From Octopus sinensis (taxonomy: Eukaryota): DNA of 27,406 bases. The DNA lies in assembly GCF_006345805.1 (NCBI RefSeq), contig NW_021834045.1, positions 1 to 27,406 of the forward strand, in the 5' to 3' direction. Below are positions 1 through 11,262 of this stretch, piece by piece (the first letter of the stretch is position 1; the number at the start of each line of letters is the position of its first letter). The notes beneath the pieces are model-generated. The model did no database searches. It worked only from the letters and a program-made list of their open reading frames with translations, and was not told the origin of the DNA. A program made the translations under genes and the position numbers.

Positions 1-370
1 AATTGATTTTTAAACAATCAGAATTAAACTCTTTATTATTCAAAGATGAGAAATCGCCTAAATTACTTTATTACAGTATTTCATTAAAGTATTTTGAGAA
101 AAATAAAATAATAAATTTATGTAAACGTGCTTTTGAATTTTGGTTAGTGCTATTCTTTGCAGTTTGAGATCCGGATATTACATTTCGGAAATTGACCTGC
201 ATACATTGTTTTCGATTGATTATTATTCTATCGCACAAAATTTAATCTATAATATAAATCTATATATGCAAGCTCTTTAAGTTTGATCAGATTGTTAATG
301 AAAAGATTTTTTTTAAATGTAAAATAAACACCTACAAAAATCTAATTATAATTTAACTATTCCACGTGTC

Positions 371-990
371 GTGTCGTTTCTTGTGACGTTTTTAATTTCA
401 TTCCTAATATCTATCCATCTATCTATCCATATATCTATCCATCTATCTTTCTCTCATTTCAATTCTTTTTCTTTTGTTCCTTTTCTTTTCTTTTTCTTCT
501 CATTTATCTTTGTCAGTCTATTTTTTTATTGTACCTGTCTCGCTCTTTTTTTATGTCTCTCTGTCGCCAACCTACTACGGTTTTATGCTTTTCTTGCAAA
601 GTTAGTAACAACCGCAAGAAAGGGAGAGTCTGTTCTAGCTGTGACAGATTCTTCCACCTTTCTTGTGTGCACTTTTCCAGGCGCGTTTCTGCCTCTCTTT
701 TAATTTGGAACTGTCCTTCCTGCCGCACTTGCCAGCCGGTTCAGTGTTCCAGCCCGCAAGAAATCCTCGAAAAAGTGCCATTCGCAACATCCCCTTCTGC
801 CGAGGAAGTTTTTTAATCGATCAAGCTCTTCTGCCGTTCCGGCAAATTTCATCCAGAATCCCAAAAGCTGCGCGTATCTTTGCAGTTTCCTCCTTGTCCA
901 CCGCAATTGATAATGCTTTAGTATCCGATTGGCTTAGGTTGTTTTGTTTCGCCTCTTTCGGTCTCGGTTTTCTCCCATTGTATTTTTAAT
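371..990 (+). mobile_element. 5' fragment of a CRE-like (REL-type) non-LTR retrotransposon with an N-terminal PHD finger
   Basis: ATG at 553 opens CFSC..CSSCDRFFHLSCV..WNCPSC (C4HC3 PHD pattern). A frameshift in the T-run at ~810 links it to LIDQALLPFRQISSRIPKAARIFAVSSL..DWLRLFCFA, which resembles the RIPK..R region I recall upstream of the RT in CRE-like elements. A pyrimidine-rich leader precedes it. Confidence 0.55.
406..450 (+). repeat. degenerate (TATC/CATC)n microsatellite
   Basis: atatctatccatctatctatccatatatctatccatctatc. Confidence 0.8.
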
Positions 991-1019
991 GAATTTATAA
1001 CCACAACCAACTACAATTT

Positions 1020-1330
1020 ATTCAGAAATGAATACCCATCCATTATCACTATTAAGGCTGGTATACTTTCTTAAATCCACTGAATCTGCAATATAGCGAT
1101 CTTTAGACCTTCTTGCAATAATAGGAGTACTTGTTGACTTAGTTACCATCATCTTTTTGACTACAAATAATTTAATAAATACGCACCTGACACTGAACGC
1201 ATTTTGAGATCACATAGTAATTTTAGTTTAAGTTCCTTTTCTTCTTTGGCCAAAAAGCGCAACCTCTGGTTTTTGTATTTTATGAAAACTATCCTTTTGT
1301 TTTCAAAAATTAACAAATTTACACGCGTTG
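1020..1330 (-). mobile_element. Ginger/GIN-like DDE integrase fragment with a 26-nt intron
   Basis: Minus strand reads KCVQCQ|SKR..VTKSTSTPIIARRSKDRYIADSVDLRKYTSLNSDNGWVF, i.e. the CxxC of the integrase zinc finger followed by the start of the rve core. GT-AG at 1186-1161 separates CQ from SKR. Confidence 0.6.
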
Positions 1331-1389
1331 AGAGGCATTATCCAACCCGTGACATTTTATATTAAAAACAATAATTTTTATTTCAGAAA

Positions 1390-1985
1390 ACCTTGATAAA
1401 ATATTTATGTTAACAAATAATTACTTAAAAGACCCTTCAACCTTCGGAGTCCACTCTACGAGCTCCACTATCTTCCCGATCTATCATCCCAGGGCCCACA
1501 CTTCCGTCAATTTTAACTCGTTTCGAACCATTTAGAAAAGGAACATGGTAGGCATCCTCGACAAGTCGACGCACCGCGATCTCTCGGTCACCGATCCCGT
1601 TAGCTTCCTCGTATTTTGAGAGTACCCCCTCAATCCGGGCTTCATAATCCATTTGCGAAAGACCTCTCCGAAAGTCCAGCACAATGCTCTCCATCGTACG
1701 CTTAAGCACAATTGATTGCATATAAGCAACCAGATGTTCCCTCACTCTGATCGACTCCAATATTTTTAAAAATATTTAGACACAATGCTATCCCATGTAA
1801 GGACAACAGGAATTATATTCACTCTGGCCTGGTGAATCAGGGATAATTCATTAGCGAGCAAATCATATTTTCTTAACTTTTCAAGTTCTACTCGCTGTAA
1901 ATTATCTTGAGAAGTAACTCCCACCTCCACAATCCAATTACGTTCTCTTTTTTATCATATACAGGTTTGTTATAAGAAAACCTTA
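1390..1985 (-). mobile_element. 3' fragment of an REL-endonuclease non-LTR retrotransposon (R2/R4/NeSL-like)
   Basis: YDKKENVIWIVEVGVTSQDNLQRVELEKLRKYDLLANELSLIHQARVNIIPVVLTWDSIVSKYF, then after a frameshift AYMQSIVLKRTMESI (ORF 1437-1760). This carries the E..EK..KY motif of PD-(D/E)xK restriction-like endonucleases. Confidence 0.8.
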
Positions 1986-2888
1986 ATAATAATTATATTA
2001 ATAACTATTTGTGAACAAAAATAGATTAAAAAAAATATTTTATTTTTTCTAATGATTATACTTTTACCATTACTACTTATTAGTCAGGGATTTTTATTTA
2101 AACATATAATGAATGAGTTGGATCATAGAACTAAACTAAAGAGGATGAATGCTAACAAAAAATATGCTCGATTAAATGATCTAATACCATCCGGAATGAA
2201 ACGGCTATTTGACGAGACAATTATTATTAGAACCAAGATCACCGTCCAAAACATAAAACTAATTAATCAGGTGATCCCGGCTTCTCTGAGGAGGGTCCTC
2301 AACTTTGCCCGGTGCTCCTCCCTTGTCCCGGCACAATTTCTGTGAGGGCGCGGTGGTGGTGTTTTAGGCCCTGTAGCCCCGAGGTTTCTTCTCAAGATTT
2401 CATTAAATGGGGCGATGAGTACAGTACCGGTCATATGTTTTAGACATTCTGAAAAAATCCCAGTGTTTGATTTTTCTAAAGAAAAATCTTATTAAAAAAA
2501 TGCTTTTCATTAAGCATTATCCATTTTTTTTAGTTATTTATTTTTTCCCAATCTCATCGTCACTGTATTTTCGACATCTTGATCTTTTTATAGATTTTGT
2601 CGAAACTGGCCCAGTCATATGTTTTAGACATTTACGATGCACATCCATAATCTGGAATTTTTAAAAGTTAAAACGATTTTTATTAATTAAAACACAAGTA
2701 GTATTTAGTTACATCTCCTTTTTTCGATATTACATCATGTATTCTATTTGGGATCGACAAATACAAGTTTTGAATATAATCATCTCCCATCTTGTTCCAT
2801 TCATCTTTTGCCATCTCCCATAGTTGCTTAACGTTCTGAGGGTTTCTATTTCTGATTTTGCTCTTTAAATAATGCCAGCAATTTTCTA

Positions 2889-3104
2889 TTATGTTGTCTG
2901 GTAATATCTTCGGAATCGCCAAGAAGAGATCCGAGTTTTCGGACGTTTCGCCACTTCTCATCTATGCGAGTTGGCATACGTTCGATGGTAATTATTTCGG
3001 TTTTCTCTTCGTTGACTTTGAGTGACCATTTATCGAAAATTGTTCTTGCTTTCTCCATAATAATTTCTATTAATTTCGGATCCTCCGTAATAAATTCAAG
3101 TATA
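2889..3104 (-). mobile_element. RTE-like LINE RT fragment inside the Tc1 (copy of ~9925-10135)
   Basis: LEFITEDPKLIEIIMEKARTIFDKWSLKVNEEKTE..RKLGSLLGDSEDIT. The nucleotide sequence is near-identical to 9925-10135. Confidence 0.9.
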
Positions 3105-3407
3105 CAGTAAACCAAAATAAAAAACGAACACTACATTTTTCCTAAAATTTCCAAGAAACGAATCAAAAAAAATATCTAAATAGAATTTTAACAATATATA
3201 AACAATAACTAATATTTTTATTTTTGCAAAAAAATATATTTACCGCCTTTTTACGGCAAAAGTATAATCTGAACCAAAATAAAAAACGAACAAAATTTTT
3301 TATTTGTAAATGTTATTAAATATATGATTTTTTTACAAATTATTAATATTTTGCACGCTATAATAACTTATTATGGCCAGACAATTGAGTTTTGAAGAAA
3401 AGGGAAC
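3105..3407 (+). mobile_element. left end of a second Tc1/mariner element
   Basis: TA|cagtaaaccaaaataaaaaacgaaca, with the motif aaccaaaataaaaaacgaaca repeated at ~3272. ATG 3373 gives MARQLSFEEKGT, a Tc1-type N-terminus. Confidence 0.6.
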
Positions 3408-4967
3408 AATGCCAGCAATTTTCTACCATTTTCTCGCATAAAAACAATTCTATGACGCTGTTCAACAGAAAGTCGTGGCATACTGCTTTCAAATTAATTT
3501 AAAACACGTTTCCGATACGAAAAATAGAAAAAAAGTATAAATTTTATTGAAATATAATGAATTTAAATAAAATGTCTAAAACATATGACTGGGCCAATTT
3601 CGACAAAATCCTTAAACATATGAAGAAGTCGAAGATAAAGCGAAGATAAGATATGAAAATGATAAATATATAAATAATATAGATAATACTTACTAAAAAA
3701 CTTTTATTTTATTGGATTTTTCTTTAGAAAAATCAAACACTGGGATTTTTTCAGAATGTCTAAAACATATGACCGGTACTGTAGATGTTCGTTCGGTCCC
3801 TGTAGTGCTTTTCGGAAACGATCTTGAGTTTTCTCGATTTTAGTGCGGTTCGTTCCACTGATAAACCCTCCCCACGCCTCACAAGCATAGCTAAGGGAGG
3901 GTTCGATGAATTGCCGGTATAAGGCTTGTCGTGCAGGGAAGCTGATACACTGTCTGCATTTACGAAGAAACACTTTCAAGATGTTCAGTTTCTTCATGCA
4001 CCTCGTAGTAATATATCGGCTTGTTGAGAGAAACACATATGACTGTCGTAAGTCACCCCGAGGATTTTCTGAGATTTTTGAAACGGGATTTCCATGTTAT
4101 TTAGGTACAGGTTCACCACCGTTTTCCCAAGCTTCCTTGCTGAGGTCATAAGCGTGGTGACCGATTTTTCCGGACTCGTTGATAGTCGGTTTAGCGAGAG
4201 CCAACTTTCGAGATTGTTAAGGTGGTTCTGCAGTTTTGTGCTCGCCGTGTTCACCTCACTGGCTCCGGTAGCAATTACGATATCGTCAGCGTATGATAAA
4301 ATGATGAGTCTTTGTCGTTTGGTAGCGGGTAGATCCGATAAGAATAATTTGAACAAGGCTGGTGAAAGGGGGGAGCCTTGAGGGCCCCGTTGGAAAGTAT
4401 CGAGACATCGATCTTGTATTGTTTTGTTGGATTCTGTCTCTTCGGCCGCTGAGGAGTTCTAGCCACATTTCAGTCTTGGGTGAATTCCACTAAGGTATAT
4501 TTTCCTGGTCATATTTTCCTGGGAATGGAGTCAAAGCCTTATGATATCCACTGAGCATATAACCGTTTTTTGGTTATACGGTTTGGCAGATAGGCCACCT
4601 GAGATGAATTTGTCAAAGTGACAAGTGCGAAGTGGTTGATTTACCACATTTAATCCATGTTGAAAGTCCAAATCCGGGAGATATTGTTTGATGTGGTTGA
4701 GTATAAGTTTTTCCAGAACTTTGGAAAGGACGCAGAGGAGAGATATTGGCCTGTAGGACGCCGGGTTTGTCTTTTGGTCTCCCTGGTTTCAGAATAGGGC
4801 GAATGTGTGCCATTTTCCACGATGTGGACATTGCGTTGTTGTTTATAGAAAAGTTGTAAATTGACAAAGAGCTGATATTGCCACCTGTCCTAGGTTTTTC
4901 ACCAGAATAGTAGGAATTCCGTCAGGTCACAAGAGCCAGTGCTTCTTAAATTTCTGATGGTCTGAGA

Positions 4968-5473
4968 CAGGGGTTCTCAACCTTTTTAGCTCAAGGGCCA
5001 AATTTGATAATTAAGATTAGCTTCGCGGGCCGCACAAAAAATATTTTTATATTTTCCATTTTAACTAATATTTATTCACATAAATATGTAGATTCATATA
5101 TGCATTGTGTGTTATATTTTTGATTTGTCTTGAGGAATTAATTCGTAAAAATATAATAATGGACGCATTTTTGAACATATGCCGCCAGTTCTATATCATG
5201 TTGTAAATTAATGAGTTCTAGTTGAAACTTTGCAGGCGCATCCTTAATTTCCACGCTGAATGGAGTTGCGAATATTTTCATTAAAGGATGGAATTTTTTT
5301 AAATTCTAAAATTAAATTTATATAAATGTACCCCCAAAATGGATATGTTTAACTTAAGACTGAATAATTAAATTTAAACATTATTAAAAAATTAAAAAGT
5401 TAGTTACTCTAGAGGGGCCGCAAAAAAATCCTGGGGGCCACATGCGGCCCCGGGGCCGCATTTGAGAACCGTG
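4968..5473 (-). mobile_element. non-autonomous hAT (SPIN/Charlie-like) inserted in LINE-A
   Basis: Termini caggggttctcaa / ttgagaaccgtg. Imperfect 8-bp TSD gtctgaga (4960-67) / gtctgata (5474-81). GGGCCGC subterminal motifs. Minus-strand remnant KIFATPFSVEIKDAPAKFQLELINLQHDIEL..LLYFYELIPQDK. Confidence 0.88.
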
Positions 5474-8469
5474 GTCTGATACCCTCCTCTTGAGTGAGGA
5501 TAATCATGTCCGACATCTTCGAGGTTTCAACGACTTCAAGCATGGTCCATCGTATTTCCTGTGGGGGATGTGCTGATCCCAGCGTAGAACTTTATCAGTT
5601 TGTTGGTGAAGGGAACCGCATTATCCTCACCCGATTTAAATCTCTCAGGGTTGTGAATCTTCTAGGGATGCCCATACTTTTGTTAGTGGGACCTCCGCAT
5701 TTATACTCCTCTGGCGAACTTTTCGGCCCTCCCGTACCGTTTGTCTTTTGCAGATTGTTCTATGACTTTATTCAGTAGTCCTGATCCGGTTCCGGTTATC
5801 TTTTGTAAGATGAGAGAGCGACCTTTCAATGAGTTCCGTTCCTCGATTAGAGGTAGAATCCCCGACGGAAATTTTCTTACTGGTTTTGGATAAATTTTCT
5901 CATTCTTAAGAATGATTTTCTTCCAATCAAAATTGTTTGGTAGAAGTGCTTGAGGGCGTTATCGATCGAGTCGAAATCATGTACATCAAAGTTAACCAGT
6001 CTTTGTCAATGGAATAGGCAAAATTGATCCAATCTGCGTGCTTGTAGTCGTATTTCAGGTTGCGGAACCCCTTTCTAATGGCGGTTGACTGGACTTTTAT
6101 AATTAGCGGATTGTGATCGCTCCGTAGATCGTAGGTAACGCCCCATTTGACCAGAGGTGCGAGGTTGGAAGAACAGAGGGTCAGATCGGGGAGGTAGGCT
6201 TGTCCTTGGTGTTATATGGAGTTCTTGTGTGCAGTGAGGGTTGTTCAGGATTACAAGGTTGTCCAATTACTCGAGAATAGACTTTCCTCGGGAGTCAGCG
6301 GTTTGTGACTTTAACCAATGCGGGTGTTTTGCATTCAAGTCCCCACAAATAATTATCGTGATTATCAAACGGGCGTAGATCTGGGATAGAATGTTTTCGG
6401 GCACAATCCTGTTTGGTGGGATATACATATTGCAAATCACTATGTTTCCAGTGAGGTGGGAGTAATTGCAGAAAATTCCAGACTCGTGTTTTTGCTTCCT
6501 TTAGACTGAGCGAAGGGAGCTCTCCTGGTAAGTGATTCCCTTCTTAATAAGTGTTATGAGACCGCCTCCACGGCCTGAGGGTCTGTCCAGGCGTTCCATG
6601 TGGTAGTGGGGAAACGTGGAGACCTCGAAGAGGATTGGAGTTTTGTTTCTTGGAGTACACATATGTCGATATCATGCTTGATCAAAAAAGAGTTTAGTTC
6701 TGTAGATTTCCAGTAACTCCGTTGATGTTTAGTTGGAGAATTGATATATGTCTCTCTGGCCGGGATTAGGTTCCACATCCCCACAGATAGTGAGAAGGGC
6801 AAAACGGGAGAGTGCTGATTTGGGGTTAGTAATATGTTCAGGTGAGGATAATATTAAATAATATTCCATCATACTTTTTACAGACGAGAAAGTCTAAATG
6901 CGATTAAATACCTGCCATTGACTTGCTTTAATACCAATTAAATTTCATTTCTTTAAAATCATAAATTTTATTTTTCAATAAATTATACTGACTAATATTA
7001 AATTATTTTTTTTATATATTTTAATATTTTCAAAGATGCACATGGTTTTAGTAATTTATGTGGTGCATGTATAGAAGGTCATTTACTTTTGTATTTGATT
7101 GCCAACAGCATGCTAATTATTATTGGTATCTTGATGATTCCATTGACAATACTTAATCTTAAAAACTCTTGATCTATTTAAATATTACAGCCAGATAGTC
7201 GGAGGGATTGCGAGGTAGTCAAGGGGCAGGCACAAATCAACAAATGTCTCGCAAGAGCCCACAGAAACTTACTAAGACCTAAGTTGCCTACGTGGTTTTG
7301 TTGCAACTGGACAGGTGATATAGGGGAGGTTAAGCTGGAGAGTGGCATAGTACAAGGGACAGTATGTCTACGATGGTGTTAGTCCTGGTAATCTAGCGAA
7401 AAGTAGTTATTAGTATATTAAATAATATAATTGCATATCATCTTAGGTGGTGATTGTTTTAAGAAAAGTTTTATTGGCTTTAAAAAGACTGCGAGTTTCA
7501 AAGATGACTCGTAGCCAGATATGAGGCCTAAATCAATGCATTGTCGTTACCCTGGTCTTCAAGTTTAGGCCTGGGACAGATACGGTGCTACATTTCTAAT
7601 TTAAAGCAAATCTCTTACGTTGATTAACTGTTAAAGGCTCCATGGCATTATTCCTGAACCAAAAACAGTTATTAATTTGAAATGAAGCACATGTCACCAG
7701 AGAACACAGAAATTACACTTGCTTCATCAATATCAGCTGCCAATGGCTTGGAGCAGCATCTCAGTGATTATCAATTTAGAGTCTTGCTTTAGGTTTTTAA
7801 AGGTTTCTGATTGGCTAAAATCTACTGTGCTATTTTCCCTTTTTGTAGCCTTTGTTTTTTTGTCTTCAAAAGTTGCAAGAACTAATAATTTGTCACGTCT
7901 CCTTCGTGAGGTTCGATATAGAGGTTTCTTATCAAATACTCTGAAAGGGAATACAAGGTTGGGACGTCCACAGTAGACAAAATATAGTTAGCATTAAGCA
8001 TCCCATTCTATTATCACATCTTTAAAAAAGTAAAGTGTTGAAAATTTCAATAAGAGTTCGCAAAGTTAGCAAATGCTTTCTGACTTGTCACTCGCCATCC
8101 ATTTTTTGAGGATCTATAAATGTTCTTGCTTTGTGGTTACATCAGCGATAGGAACTTGGTGATAACGAGGGTGACTCCGACTTTATTTCCATCGACAATC
8201 CTGAGCCAAACATCCTTTAAGGGTGCTACTGACAATTAGAGGCTCTTCAACTGCAGTTACATAAAAAGACTCCTTTTGTACATTGCGGATTTCAGTGTAA
8301 GCCCAGTAAAGTGTTTCCCTGAGGACTTCATGCAACTCAGATGGTTCTTCCATTCCAGATACCTGCAGTTTTTGAAAAAAACTGTTCGATTTTTTCATAA
8401 GGAATTTGACTAAAAATAGTGCGTCCTCAAATTTTGTAATTATTAAGAACTGCAACGTCTTGCTTAGGG

Positions 8470-9211
8470 TTGATGAATTTTAAACTTTCATCACAAAATC
8501 TGACGTGCAAGCTTTCCGACCACCAAACACGTGAGTCAGGGAAATACAGCAGTCGTATGAACTCATCTAATACTACTGTATGTGTACAATTGTCCTCTCC
8601 CGAAAGATTGGTCGAAATGATCCCCAATGACAGACACTTGTCCACCTTCAGTCCCCAGACTAGATTACTCATTGTGCCTAAGACTACACGACATAAAAAA
8701 CCCTGTCAACAACAGATCCCCAGTCCCTTTGTCGACGGTAATGAGTGCTGACGTAGGAAACTCTCTCAATCCCATCATATATTCCACCGAGAGTCATCGG
8801 GGACCAGAAACGTCGTGATTTCGGACACGTGAATGCAGTTCAAGTACTCAAGGAACTGATTACCCTCCCTTGCATTCTCACAATCCAGTCTTTCCGATAT
8901 TTTCACATCACAAAAAGGGATTGTCCTGTCCACGTGTCCACAGGGGCATTTCGTCCTTCAAAAGTGCCAGTTGGGGTACTCCTGCAAACCATAGACACGT
9001 CCTCACCCTGTAGGTACTGAAAATGGCTCATTACAACACTCCTGGCCCACGTCCCCTGCACCACGAGACCTCTTCGGAATGGAATCAGACTGACCCGGCC
9101 GTGATAGGGTTCTCATCCAAGTCCTCGACGGACAGCGGATTGAAGTTGAAGTCCCCTAATCTATTAATCAACTCACCAAAGAACAGACTTGGGCAAAATA
9201 TTTACTTTTAG
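8470..9211 (+). other. unidentified, relatively GC-rich coding-like remnant
   Basis: Higher GC than the flanks, several short open frames and possible short GT-AG introns. No family recognised. Confidence 0.2.
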
Positions 9212-9339
9212 TAGTTCAGACTTGTTTGAGGAATGTCTTGAAATAAGACTTTTTGTTTTTTTCGAAAAAGAGTGTTTTTAACTGTAATTTATTAAAAATG
9301 TATTTGGTAGTAGAATTGATGGTAAAGTTAAGTTAATGC

Positions 9340-10200
9340 ACGTTCGCGTTGCCAGTAAACAAAGTTTATGGTTCGCTTGTGCATGTTTTTAACTATTTTT
9401 GTCGTTATCCCTTTTCATCCTTTCCGTCGTCTTGCCCTCTTTCCGATTTCGTCCAGATCGTCTGCATCCTTCAATCGGCCTCCGATCGTAGCATATTCCT
9501 TCGTAAGTATTCCGGAAGACAGTCTCTTGGACGTCCTCTATATTTAGAGTATTCAGTATGGGCGAAAAATTCTTCCATGGCCATATTGCAAGGTTTTTCT
9601 TTCTTCATTCGTAAAATATGTCCAAACAGGCGCCAGCGGGTTTTTCAAGTATATTAAAACTTATGGGCCCACAGTTAGCTAACCTGTATAATTTATCATT
9701 TGATGTTTTCTTCGGCCACGAATAGCCAGGAGTTTTCTCAGTTGACCCCTGTGGAAAGAGTCAAGTTGCTCCATGTTTTTCTTGATGTTCCCAAAGTACT
9801 GCGTTGTACATGAGGACAGGTCGGACAAATGCATCATATAATCGTAGGCGCATCTTAGTCGAAATTTGGTTTTTTCTCATCCAATAGATTGAAGTTTTTT
9901 AAGTGCAATGTTTGATAATATTTTTTGTCTGGTAATATCTCGGAATCGCCAAGAAGAGATCCGAGTTTTCGGACGTTTCGCCACTCTCATCTATGCGAGT
10001 TGGCATACGTTCGACGGTGGTTATTTCGGTTTTCTCTTCGTTGACTTTGAGTGACCATTTATCGAACATTGTTCTTGCTTTCTCCAGAATAATTCTATTA
10101 ATTTCGGATCCTCCGTAATAAAATCAAGTATATAGTTTCATTTGGTACTGTTGCATTTCATCCTGCACGAAAATAGCCTCTACATGAATTAATGAAAATT
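9340..10200 (-). mobile_element. 3' part of an RTE-like LINE, degraded
   Basis: PNETIY[ADD missing]LDFITED..KWSLKVNEEKTE..KLGSLLGDS..MRLRLYDAFVRPVLMYN..RWRLFGHILR..RGRP, with multiple indels. Confidence 0.85.
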
Positions 10201-10300
10201 TTTATGAATATTAGATCGAAAATTTAAAAAATTGAACTATGCCGAATTTGTAAATTTTATTCTAATTTTTTTTTTAAAAATTTGAATTTTGTACCGGCTT

Positions 10301-10820
10301 ATGGAGATGAATGATACAGTTGTCATGCGAAAATTTGCAAAACTGAAGGACTATGAACTTCCCCGTACTGAAATGGAGTCAGTTGCCTTCCTTCAAGAGG
10401 TTGGAATTTTTCTCAAAGAAAAAAAATGTCAAAACAGACATTTTATTACCCTTCTCCGACAGCAGGAGAATACAACATGGTTGTGTTATAAAAGTGGGTG
10501 TCGAACATATAGTTCTATTAGAAACGGTATAAGAGAGTACTTTATTTTTAGCAGGACGGATTCTTCCTCAACAATGGGTGGTTGGGGGAATCTGTCGTGG
10601 AAATAAAGACTGTTTCATCAAGATGGTTCCAGATCGCTCCAAAAGAACTCTAACCGCTGCAATACAGGAAAATATCGCACTGGGATCAGTGATACACACT
10701 GACAAATGGAAGGGTAATTCTACTTTATTCTTGTTAATAGGTTATTCAACGCCAGATCTCAATGCTCTTGCTTATGTGCACCTTACAGTTAATCACAAGT
10801 TGGCCATAATTCGTTTATAA
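10301..10820 (+). mobile_element. Merlin (IS1595/ISXO2-like) transposase, internally deleted, with two micro-introns
   Basis: CYKSGCRTYSSIRN|AGRILPQQWVVGGICRGNKDCFIKMVPDRSKRTL..GSVIHTDKWK|GYS..HLTVNHK. Introns at 10527-10551 (25 nt) and 10714-10740 (27 nt). The spliced 468 nt form one open frame of 155 aa. Confidence 0.85.
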
Positions 10821-10827
10821 ATTTGTA

Positions 10828-11262
10828 ATCGCCATCGCCATGGCGGTATTGACTGACCGACATTGGTAGTTGGAGGGGGGCATAGGCATAATCCACAACA
10901 ACTGTCTGCCCGAGGAACAAGCCAGTCATGTCCGACTAGTCAAATCCTCCAAACAGGGCTTCATTATGAACCCAGTTGTCGTCTCCCCCAGCACTACTGT
11001 GGCAGAATACAAAATCCTGGTCAATAAACATGGCTTTTCTGGCTTCCCGGTGACACTGAATAGACGGTTGTTGGGCCTGGTGACTCAACGGGACATTGAT
11101 TTGTGCTGTGTGTCCGACCAGACGAGGATGGAAGTGGTTGCCCTCGACTTGTCACTGCAGGTGATGACCTCCAGAGAGTCATTGGTCACTTCTAACGACG
11201 GGATCAACCTCCAAGACGCCTACAAGACCCTCCGATATGTAAAGAAAGGAAAACTGCGCAAA
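10828..11262 (+). pseudogene. IMPDH: inosine-5'-monophosphate dehydrogenase gene fragment (CBS/Bateman region) with two introns
   Basis: AIAMA|LEGGIGIIHNNCLPEEQASHVRLVK..QGFIMNPVVVSP..HGFSGFPVT..LLGLVTQRDID..RME|VMT..KKGKL. Introns at 10846-10869 (24 nt) and 11134-11160 (27 nt). The rest of the gene is absent on both sides. Confidence 0.92.

Larger units (their letters stand above)
2422..3781 (-). mobile_element. internally deleted IR-DR Tc1 element
   Basis: TA TSD at 2420-21 and 3782-83. Identical 67-bp outer inverted repeats (cagtaccggtcatatgttttagaca...) and an inner repeat at 2593-2632 / 3571-3610 (1 mismatch in 40). Transposase N-terminus MPRLSVEQRHRIVFMRENG (~3490-3430) and C-terminus IENCWHYLKSKIRNRNPQNVKQLWE..KKGDVTKY (2890-2695). 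Confidence 0.93.
2221..6860 (-). mobile_element. LINE-A: APE-RT non-LTR retrotransposon (Jockey/I-like), frameshifted, interrupted by a Tc1 and a hAT
   Basis: APE motifs KSTELNSFLIKHDIDICVLQETKL (~6700) and IICGDLNA (~6280). RT motifs WKMAHIRPILKPG, SYADD (4290) and KILGVTYD. The ORF rejoins in frame across the Tc1 TA duplication (EHL|LIAPF..KLRTLLREAGIT*, stop 2269-2267) and ends in a (TAA)n tail at ~2221-2229. Confidence 0.9.

Noticed and set aside
371-703. Hydrophobic 110-aa ORF
   Set aside because: Product of the microsatellite and pyrimidine-rich leader, with no ATG start.
6880-6892. gacgaga near the LINE-A 5' end as a TSD partner of gacgagacaa at ~2211-2220
   Set aside because: Only a 7-bp match and not flush with the tail junction.
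7050-8460. Possible degraded NLR/LRR-type gene on the minus strand (LRLSGCNI; ORF 8183-8455)
   Set aside because: No convincing P-loop or repeat register, many stops and no consistent exon model.
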